From the NCBI GenBank assembly GCA_051362555.1, contig CM120646.1, positions 17,918,001-17,982,000 of the forward strand: DNA of 64,000 bases, given 5' to 3'. A program made the position numbers and the translations under genes. Shown here one piece after another: positions 1-9,056 of this stretch (the stretch's first letter is position 1; each line of letters begins with the position of its first letter). Origin of the DNA: Lingula anatina (lineage: Eukaryota > Animalia > Brachiopoda). The notes under the pieces were generated by a model that saw nothing but the letters and a program-made list of their open reading frames with translations, ran no database searches and was not told where the DNA came from.

Positions 1-188
1 CACACCTACCACAATGCCAAATTAAACACAAATTAAACACTGTCAAACCATAGAAGTAGAGAAGTATGACCAAACTTAGCACAATGTCACACGTTATGCA
101 TTACAGCAACATAATATATCACCTGCTATGCAACTGATATGAGATAAAATACTGATGCATTTTTTCAGTGCTTTGTATTATTTTCCAG

Positions 189-262
189 GTATGTACTTTG
201 ATGTTCAGGAGATTACTCCCTCCATATCAGGGGTACATAGATTCACAGCAGACAATCAGAAG
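189..262 (+). CDS. XYLB: Xylulokinase, internal exon (GMYFDVQEITPSISGVHRFTADNQK); gene begins upstream of the window
   Basis: ttccag| acceptor and |gtagg donor; peptide resembles the XYLB segment GFYFDVMEITP..GxHRF; phase joins the next exon. Confidence 0.85.
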
Positions 263-528
263 GTAGGAATGAAGCTTGTCTTAGATTGTTGAAAGAAGTA
301 AAGGGAAATTTTGATTATAATATTAACCTTTTGGCATAATTAAGAGATTTGAGTTTATGGAATAGTGACTTAAACATAATAAATGTAATACTCCTAGAAG
401 CAGAGAAATTGGGGATAGGACAAATGATTGCCAATAATATTTTAGCTCACTGATTAGATATTCTTGATCTGCCAGTGATGACTGATAATTTAGTTGTTTA
501 AGGTTCACATTTTCTAGCTTTTATTTAG

Positions 529-625
529 GTTTCTTCATTCTCTGATGCAGTAGAAGTGAGAGCTGTGCTAGAAGGGCAGTTTTTATCCAGAAGAACCCAT
601 GCTGAGAATTTGGGGTTTGCTCTAG
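529..625 (+). CDS. XYLB: Xylulokinase exon (VSSFSDAVEVRAVLEGQFLSRRTHAENLGFAL)
   Basis: tttag| and |gtcag boundaries; EVRAxxEGQF motif of FGGY-family xylulokinases. Confidence 0.9.
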
Positions 626-798
626 GTCAGTACCAATGAGTGTAACATATTTAGACTAAAAAGAAAAAGGACTGATGTCGTAAAATTACATTGAAAAATT
701 TGTTGAGTATGTTCTTAAGAAAGATACATTTAACTGACCTTATAGTTTGATATTTCATGTTTACACTAAGTTTCAAGAACACTGCATTATTGTTTCAG

Positions 799-857
799 GA
801 CCTAGTTCCAAAATCCTGGCAACAGGAGGCGCTTCAGTCAACAAATCTTTTCTGCAG
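799..857 (+). CDS. XYLB: Xylulokinase exon (PSSKILATGGASVNKSFLQ)
   Basis: tttcag| and |gtgag boundaries; ILATGGAS nucleotide-binding motif of FGGY kinases. Confidence 0.92.
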
Positions 858-1043
858 GTGAGAATGTATATTGTGAACAATGAAGATACTTGAAAAGCTA
901 TAATTAAAAATACTGACAATTTTTTTGCTGTTCAGAAAGTCTAGGGATAAAAAATCTGCCTCAGCTTTCTGCCCCCATGATGTTAAGCAGTCTTCTAGGT
1001 GGTGTCAATAAGTTTATTGGTTTTGTAGCAAATAAGCTTATGA

Positions 1044-1229
<186 letters not shown>

Positions 1230-1626
1230 TAGATTATAGTTTGTACTGTAACAGTTTTACTGATGATTACTAATAGAAGCAAATTTAATCCCTGTGTTGT
1301 TCTGTGTATCTCTACTCTTAAGTACAAATTTAAGTAAGGAGTTTGTCATTTAGTTTGCCTACCGTGGTTAGAAATAATATAGCTCTTGTATCATGACTGG
1401 AAATGCAAGCCAAAATGCAACTGTTTGGGGGTGGGTGTGGGTGGAGGCAATTGCATTGTAATGGAACAGGGGGAGTTATTCCAAATAAATTTGTGTTTAT
1501 GTGTTTTTAAATGATATGTGCTTTTTGCATACTTTTTTCTTTTACTATAATGTCTTATAAATAATAACCAAGTTTTAGAATTAAAAAGAATATTGTATCT
1601 ATAATGTATGGTTTTGATATCTCTAG

Positions 1627-1724
1627 GCTGGCTAGGTGGGGACAAAGTGGTCAGTTTTGATGAGGTGGTCAAGGGGGCTCTGGACTATGTCCTTGCAGCA
1701 GAGCCAGACACAAGTGTCACAGAG
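1627..1724 (+). CDS. XYLB: Xylulokinase exon (GWLGGDKVVSFDEVVKGALDYVLAAEPDTSVTE)
   Basis: ctag| and |gttag boundaries; phases match both flanking exons; lies inside ORF 1608-1979. Confidence 0.8.
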
Positions 1725-2091
1725 GTTAGTTTAATATTTCTTATCAGATTGCAAAGGATTGTGTTAGGGGTGGGTGGGGAGGGGGTGGCAGAAAAGTTCA
1801 AGGGACTTTGTTGTGCAATAGTGGAACTTTTGTTACCTGGGACAGTTATAGAATTTTTTTCTGCATGTGATATTACTGTGAAATCAACAATTTATTTGCT
1901 TGATTTTAATACTGCTCTGGGAGAATTTGTTTTATTTATTGGAAGATGCAGTCAAGTTTTTTTTTATTCAGAATCCTAGTATTTTTTATCAGGATAGAGC
2001 CAACTGTAACACAATTTTATATAGGGTTAGCCAGCCTTGTTATAAGTAGTGCTCGGAGCCTCCTAATATTGGATGTTTTAATTCTCTTTAG

Positions 2092-2166
2092 ATGTATAAC
2101 ACAATGGCTGATAGATACAGAAGATTGGAACAACAGATTGCAAAGGAACAGGGAGCAGACTACTAA
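2092..2166 (+). CDS. XYLB: Xylulokinase last coding exon (MYNTMADRYRRLEQQIAKEQGADY*)
   Basis: ctttag| acceptor; Y....RYxxLE C-terminal helix typical of XYLB; TAA at 2164-2166. Confidence 0.85.
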   Translation: MYNTMADRYRRLEQQIAKEQGADY

Positions 2167-3359
2167 AGTCACTGACAGCAGGACCCATTTCACAACAAAA
2201 ACCTCGTCTTTCACTGGAATTAATTTGGTCCAGGTTAATTCTGTAATAATTCGCTAATAATGCCTTTTGTTTTTGGTCAATATCCTCATTTTAGGAGACA
2301 GTTTTTATTTATCCCAAACAAGCTCAAATTTTCTGTTTTTTAGTTCATACCAACTTATGGCTATTTTTTTTCTTTATGTGTGCATGTGTCTAATGACATT
2401 TCAACTTTATTGGAAGTGCTTTATACCAAATATAACACTTCGTGGTGTCATTACTGAAATGGTGTCCAAACTAGGCGGTCTCTTTTGGACCGCAGATAAT
2501 TATGTTGAAACATTGAGATAAAATATCTGACTATTGATATGATACAGTTATCTCTGGATAAGGAAGAGAGTGCATTTATTACATTATATTATATGTTCAT
2601 AATATTTTAATTGTTAATTGAAAGTATTACAGTAGGCCATATTCAAGGGGAAAAACAATTTAAAAAATGCACTCCATATATATATATATATATATATGAA
2701 ACTGCTAATTGCACTTCCATGTTGATTTCTATTGAGATGTGTCTAGAAATATTTATGTGGCAATAACCTATTACTGACCCATCAAGACAGATATTAAGTA
2801 ATTTGGTAGAAGACATTTTTCTTTTTACAGGGAAAACTGACATTAAGTCAATGTTGGTTATTATGATGTAAAGGCTCTCATATGAGAAAGAGGTTACTGG
2901 AAACCATTTTTTATGAATTTAAACACTGCCATACGGAAAAATATTAGATGTTAGATGCTAAATTAACTTACTGACACAAGATCAAATATATTGTTATAAT
3001 TATATTATCATATGCTTATAAACAAGATCAGTGGTCTATTTTCAATGATGTATTTTTAGATGTAAGATGTCATATGATACACATTTCTGACATACGCTCC
3101 TAAAGTTATGTCAGAAGGATATTAATCAGGGACTAATTAACTTTGGTTTTGATTACACTTACAATAAGGAGCAAAACTATATGTATATATTTATATAATT
3201 GAGCTTTTTTAAACATTTCAGTAATTTATCTTTTTGTGAAAGGATTATGTATCAAACAATTCAGATTTACAATAGTAGTTTCATTTCCGCAATTCAACTT
3301 GATATGATTTAAATGTATGCCATTGTGATTACCAAAAATATTGAATTATAAATGATGTC

Positions 3360-3365
3360 AATAAA
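3360..3365 (+). terminator. Candidate polyadenylation signal of XYLB
   Basis: AATAAA about 1.2 kb after the XYLB stop, just before the convergent bZIP 3' end. Confidence 0.4.
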
Positions 3366-3807
3366 TTTAGTTCATTTTGCAGGCTGTGTGCAACAGCATG
3401 CCATGTAATACTCTGTCAAAGTAAACTGCAAATGCAATATTCATATCAGTTAATTTCATTTCTTTAATGACCAAGTTTTGCTTTCAACGTGTTAAACCTA
3501 ATCTCTCATACTTTGCCCCCCTTCCTATAGGGATTTCCCCTTCCATTGGGATTTTGAATTGAAATGGATATGACAGAGAAAAAGTAGTTACAACTCAATT
3601 CAAATCTGATCCCAAAACTTTTAACTTAAATTTCTTAGCGTGTCTTTACATAAAGTGCTTGTCCGTCAATTCTTGTATACCACGACTATACAAGGCCCAC
3701 TATAACCAATCACACATCTCCCCAAGTGCAGTATGGGAATTATCCGCCTCACATAAACCCTTGTCAAATATGTTAAAAACAAAAACGAGTAAGGTTACGA
3801 TTTACAT

Positions 3808-3813
3808 TTTATT
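3808..3813 (-). terminator. Candidate polyadenylation signal of the bZIP gene
   Basis: AATAAA on the - strand about 640 nt past the stop, followed by a U/GU-rich tract (plus strand aaaaacaaaaac). Confidence 0.55.
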
Positions 3814-4451
3814 TACAGCAGCACACTAGTCTGACATCTAAATGAAATATATAATACATCATACATTAGCATATTTACATGGTGTATAAGACTTCAAAAA
3901 TAAGTTTCCAACGTGTAGTATGGAAAAAGGATATCGTCATTCCTTACCTCATACTAAAGAAATAAGGGTTGTAAGAATTCAAAAATGTATTGTTATTACT
4001 ATTTTGCAGTTGGATAGGAGGGGGGATTTCTTGTTTTCTTCCCTTTCTAAAATGAAAAGGAAGCTTAACTTTGCACTGAAAAGGAAATGCAACTTCAAAT
4101 CCACAACAAATTTTGCCAAAAATGCCCCCCTCCTTTCCTGACTGGACTACATATACACCTGAGTAAGTGACTCTGTAATGGTGATACATTACAAATTCTT
4201 TTAGATTTCTTTACAAAAAATATTGATAATAATAATATCTGGGTTATATAACATTAAATATCTAAATTCCATTTCTTTGCTCTATTCCAATGGTGATAAC
4301 AAATGTCATGGAAAGAGACTTTATATAATGGTACTTCATTTCAAGAAAACATATATTATGTACATTATCACTTGCAGACAAGGGAAAAAACATTTCAAAT
4401 GTTATAAAATGAATATTTTCAGATGAATTTTGTTGATGTTTTTTTCACACT

Positions 4452-4997
4452 TTACTTAGAACCAGATGTCAATTTTTGAACCAAAACTTGCTTTAAGTCT
4501 TTTGTAGCTTTCTCAAGCAATTCAATCTTAGCTTGCAGTTCTGAATTTTCCTTTGCCAGGCGAACAGCTTCTTCTTCCATTTCAATGTATTTGTTTTTAC
4601 GCTGTTCACGGGAGCGTTTGGAAGCAATATTATTCTTTCGCCTTCTTTCTCCATATCTATCATTGCTTCCAGATGCAGTGGTTGTTACAGATTCAGTGTC
4701 ACTTTCAGATGTCACGCTGTTCACTTTTGCTCTCTTTGTGACAATATCTGATGTCACACTGTCAGTTTTTCTCTTTTTTCCACGCGAGTAATCATGATCA
4801 ATTGTAGAATTGGAATCTGTGCTGTCAGAGTCATTGTGATCCACCTCTGCTGAAATGTCGGCCAAATCTACAGTGCCAAAGCTTTCACTGGACTGGCTAG
4901 GTTCAGTTACTATGGTAACATTGTCAATAGTTGGGACTAACTCGTGTGCCTCAGATGTGGATGTTTCAGTGTTGCTTTGTTCAACTGGCATGGTGTT
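4452..4997 (-). CDS. bZIP transcription factor (PAR/C-EBP-like), last coding exon containing the basic region and leucine zipper
   Basis: RYGERRRKNNIASKRSREQRK basic region (invariant N..R) followed by M/L heptads; ctttcag| acceptor at 4998-4999, phase 0; TAA at 4452-4454. Confidence 0.92.
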   Translation of the reverse strand, partial: NTMPVEQSNTETSTSEAHELVPTIDNVTIVTEPSQSSESFGTVDLADISAEVDHNDSDSTDSNSTIDHDYSRGKKRKTDSVTSDIVTKRAKVNSVTSESDTESVTTTASGSNDRYGERRRKNNIASKRSREQRKNKYIEMEEEAVRLAKENSELQAKIELLEKATKDLKQVLVQKLTSGSK

Positions 4998-5188
4998 CTG
5001 AAAGAATGAGTATTACCTGGTTAAAAACATTTATCATTTATATAAAAAAGAAACTTAAAAATGGTTACTTCTGCCAATAATATTGTAAGACTTGGTACTA
5101 TAAGAGAAAAACTTATCTTAAATGGAATCTATGTGAATAGTTTCTTTAACAAATGAACTGAATTCTGCATTTTTGTGTCAGCACCTAC

Positions 5189-5403
5189 CTGTTCAATGTA
5201 TTTAGACAAATCAGCAAAGTCATCCAGAAATTCGGTCTCATTAAATAACCAGTCATTTTCAAAGTCATCAGAAGCCGCCTCTACTGAGGTGTCAGGGTCT
5301 GGTCCCTCCTTTAACACTGTCTGCTTCATACAAGTCATTAAGAGGTCGTCACATTCTTCATCAGCAAATAGATCCAATTTCAATGTTTCTTTAAGGGAAT
5401 CAC
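5189..5403 (-). CDS. bZIP factor, middle coding exon (acidic: DSLKETLKLDLF...DWLFNETEFLDDFADLSKYIEQ)
   Basis: ttttag| acceptor and CAG|gtagg donor; phases 1 and 0 join both neighbours in frame; acidic-hydrophobic, activation-domain-like sequence. Confidence 0.85.
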
Positions 5404-6473
5404 CTAAAATGATAAAAATTAATTTTTATAATAAGTGTTTTTAAACAATTATGTACTTAATTAAATGTGTTAATGTTTAAGTTAAATACCATTTCTTTCA
5501 GGAATCACAAAATTCAGCAAAAATGGAAAACGACTTCACTTATGAAAAAGAAAATGAAAGCAAATTTTTTTTAAAAATCACTGCATGTGCTACCCTTGCA
5601 ATGTTATCTTGTTTTTTCTGTTAAATATTTCCAAAAAGTAGGTAAAATAAAATTTGAAAAAAAAAAGAAAGAGAAGAAGCATAAATCTACCTTTAGTTGC
5701 ACACATTTCAGCTTATTGTGAAATTTCCTAAGTACCACTGCATATATATATACCAGACCCTGAGTTAAAACCTGTTTTGCTTAGGACAGCTACATTTTGA
5801 TTGAAATTGCTGACTATGGTGAAATTACTGATATACCCAAACTGATGCAATGTTCCAGAAATAGGCATGATTGAACTCTGACCTATTTCATGTCCTGGGA
5901 CTTTGCTAACCTGGACTGATTTAGAATGACATAAGGGGCCTTGTTGCTAGAGTGGCTATTGATTTATTGATAAGGACTTGCTGATAACAATGAGATTTCA
6001 GGTGGTGGTGCAATACCTTCATCACGTTCTGAGCATGCACGAACTTGCTAACATCCGCCCCTTCAGGGAAATATTGACTCGAAAGCATAAACATGCCTGG
6101 GCAAGCCATTTATGTTTTTTTCAACCGATATTTCTCTTTATATCAATCATCATTTTAATAGAGGTACAGGTAGATCAACCTGTAAGACTTGCTTAACTTT
6201 GCATCAAGTAAAGGCTTTTTTTTTAGGAATGTGGCATTAGTATGTCTAAGGAAAGCATTTTGATTTTTTGTTCAGAATAATCATTTTGTCATGTATAATG
6301 ACAGTCAAAGGTTTTAAAATAGCACTTTTCCTATAATTGTTTCTTTTTGGTAAAAATAAAGCTCTTTTCTTCCCAACATTCTCCATTTTTTTATCCAGTA
6401 TATTCCCCTCTCCCTAATTATCCACTCTAATAACTTTTAACTCAAGATATACCAAAGATCAAACTTTACTTAC

Positions 6474-6789
6474 TTGGGTTAAATAGGCCACTCGTCTTCT
6501 GCACTGAACGTGCGTAGATCGAGGAACTGTCCAAGGCCTCCGCATCCCCATAACTCAACAGCGTGGCCTCCAAGGTCGTCCACGCCTCCTGGTCTAGGCC
6601 AGTCAGGGTATCGGTGGTGGTTGTGTCCACTGCTTGGCTTGTGCCACTTGAGGGCTTGACCATGACTGGTGCTAAAATCTCGGTCACCAGAGTCTCCTTC
6701 ATCACTGGAGATGTCTCCCAAATTGGAGACGCCTGAGGCGTCTCCCAAGAGGGAGACATTTCCCCCTTGGCCCCTACCCTTCCTATCAT
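6474..6789 (-). CDS. bZIP factor, first coding segment from the first in-frame AUG (MIGRVGAKGEMSP...GLFNP); spliced product 358 aa
   Basis: A|gtaagt donor (phase 1) joins exon 5403 in frame; first in-frame ATG at 6789; frame stays open upstream to 6966, so the true start is uncertain. Confidence 0.75.
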
Positions 6790-6823
6790 CGCTGCTGGAT
6801 CCTTGATTTCGTAAGAGGTACAT
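6479..6823 (-). promoter_or_regulatory. Overlapping uORF (114 codons, -1 frame relative to the bZIP CDS)
   Basis: ATG in TCAAAC-ATG context (A at -3), 34 nt upstream of the main ATG; open to TAA at 6479-6481. Confidence 0.7.
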
Positions 6824-6890
6824 GTTTGACTTGGTGAAACGTTGTAATCAAATGTGGAAATTGTACTCTCTGTTGGACTGGGTGTTAAGT

Positions 6891-6905
6891 TCAAATTAGG
6901 TTCAT
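6891..6905 (-). promoter_or_regulatory. Short uORF (MNLI*) in the bZIP leader
   Basis: ATG AAC CTA ATT TGA read on the - strand. Confidence 0.65.
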
Positions 6906-7037
6906 CAAGTTCAGACAACAATTCTTCAAAGTTGTTGAACTGGAGTGAAATGGTGACCGCGGTCGGTTACCACTTTAAATCAAAACTGGGATGGGCGTGT
7001 GTGTGTGTGAGGTGGGGGTGTTAATGTCACCCACAAA

Positions 7038-7043
7038 TTACAT
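7038..7043 (-). promoter_or_regulatory. Start-stop element (ATG TAA) in the bZIP leader
   Basis: First ATG of the predicted mRNA; exon 2 starts at 7126 after a tttttacag acceptor. Confidence 0.55.
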
Positions 7044-7465
7044 CAATCGAAAGTCTCTTTCTCTCTCTGGACGCCGCTGCTGGCGATGGGGGCCCCTTGC
7101 CGGGTGTTAACCTCTCCGTTTCGTTACTGTAAAAATCAAAATTAAGATATTTTACAAATTGGATACATTTCACACGGTATTCATTTGTACAAACAGGGTT
7201 GTTTTGTCGAATTATCTTGAATTATCAGAGTAAAATATGCTGTGTTGTCAAGATTATTTGGAATAAAACACCGACATGTTAGTAACGCCAGCCGGTTTTG
7301 ATTGGATCGAATGTATCAGTTTGTTTTGTCCTTAATTCCAAGGAAAATTCAAAATAATACATCAAGTTGTAAAAGACTGAAATTATTCTATCAGTTATGC
7401 AACATATTACTTAATTACTATAATGTATAATGTTAAATTTCCTCATGAAATCAACCACATCTCAC

Positions 7466-7640
7466 CTCTCTCGCCTCTCTAGATGGTGATTGCACCACCA
7501 GCTGCAAGGTGTATATATACTGGCAGCATCACGTCCCAGTTTAGCACATGATGTCACTGGTAACCAATCAGAAGCTTGCTGAGTGATAAATTTAGACTTT
7601 GCGTATTGCGGTCAATGATGTCAATTTCGACCAATCGGGG
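7466..7640 (-). promoter_or_regulatory. Core promoter and short non-coding exon 1 (about 7490-7466) of the bZIP gene
   Basis: TATATATA at 7512-7519 about 25-30 nt before the putative TSS; GAG|gtgag donor at 7465; CCAAT boxes at 7564 and 7631; TGATGTCA CRE-like sites at 7549 and 7616. Confidence 0.65.
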
Positions 7641-8399
7641 CACTTCCTTCCCAGAGGTGTGGATTCCTTTGTGATGGCTTTGCCTTCAATAGGATTCACC
7701 CCGTCAGTCAAGCACGGTAACTAATGGAGAACTTCGACACTTAAAACCTGCACTTTGTAGATGGTTTTTAATTTTCTAAACATGTTTCCACAATTTTATA
7801 ATTTGAGAAACGTTGATTAAAAATGCAAATATGATAATTTATTATTGTTCTTTTATTGATACTAATGCACATTAATTTGATATTATCTAACAATTAATTT
7901 TTTTTTTTTTATTTGAACAGTTTTCCAGCATTTTAATAACAGTGCACAACTGCACGCCTTCTCCCTTCACCATCTTATACCGTTTTAAATCTGGCATTTT
8001 CTGGCATTTTAAATCTGAGAATATTATTCAAAACAATTAATTTTACTCACATTTGTTTCTTTTATTTGAATTGTTTTGATTATATTTTAAATATGCATGG
8101 GCATTGATATTGTGCAAATCTGATAACAATAGGCTAAAATTTCTTTACCAGTGTGATGTTAATTATATGCTGAATTAATTAACTCTTGATATATATTTCC
8201 TTAGATTTATATATGAATAATTAGTGCTATTACGTGAAAAGATACAGGCCATTTTTAAGGTGGGTGTCTTTATTCAATGGTTTCAGTTAATATCTTATTT
8301 TGGTTACATTTAAGTGATACCATAATTATCTAACAATGCTGCGTGTATGAACATTAAATTTATTCGGAGTACAACATTTGCTTCGTCGTCAAGTGTTAA

Positions 8400-8956
8400 T
8401 TTTAGGGAGTAAAAGCAACTGATGTGAGAGCGTAAACGCGACCTTGCGACCTGTCGATCATCACCTTAATTTGACCCGAAGAAAGTAAGCACTTTTTTGA
8501 TTGGTCGGATGTTATGGTCACTCCGGTCATCTCCTTTGGCAACTTTCCAATGTGTCTCAGTAACTACTAATTTTTTACTTGGTTTTCTATATGTTATCAA
8601 TGTAAGAATTAAGAAAAATAACTTTTATTTGGTGAAAAAAATAAAGAAAAGTTCCAAAAAGCGAAATATCCTCAGAAGGACTGAGCGGCTTGATCCAATC
8701 AAACTTGCGGTTTGTTTTGATACATTTTATATCCGGGCACCTGCTCGATATGTGCCAAGAAGGGTAGCCATTTTGTAGAAAACGAGGACAGATTGTTCGA
8801 CCTTGCCAGCTTTGGTTCATCACGATTGTATCAAACACAGGATTTACATAGCAATTATTTATACGCAAGGAGTCACAGAATTCGAGCACCAGTATGGTGA
8901 CTGTTTTTTAGCAGGAACATGAGCGTTCGACTAAGCGTCAGGACTGAAATATCATC
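8400..8956 (+). promoter_or_regulatory. Promoter and 5'UTR of the activin type II receptor gene
   Basis: CpG-enriched relative to flanks; ATTGG at 8500; Inr-like TCAGT at 8557; continuous with the signal-peptide exon. Confidence 0.5.
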
Positions 8957-9056
8957 ATGCGTTCACCCAAGTATGGTTATCAATCGACGAGATTGTTTCA
9001 TTCAAACATGTTGATCAAACTTATAACTGTCGGCGTGGTGATGCTGTTTGCCTTTG
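8957..9056 (+). CDS. ACVR2: Activin receptor type II, exon 1 (signal peptide MLIKLITVGVVMLFAF; in-frame ATGs at 8957 and 9008)
   Basis: Hydrophobic signal peptide; G|gtgagt donor, phase 1, joins exon 24673 to give ...FAFDMATATTC. Confidence 0.8.

Noticed and set aside
5921-6196. ORFs 5921-6109 (-) and 5978-6196 (+) in the bZIP intron, and a GTGATGA...CTGA box C/D-like pair
   Set aside because: No recognisable protein; the possible donor is phase 0 while the next exon needs phase 1; the C and D boxes span only 28 nt, too short for a snoRNA
4452-6789. Calling the bZIP gene ATF4, CHOP, TEF/HLF or ApAF
   Set aside because: Basic region is not ATF4-type, no PAR domain is evident, and orthology cannot be established without a phylogeny
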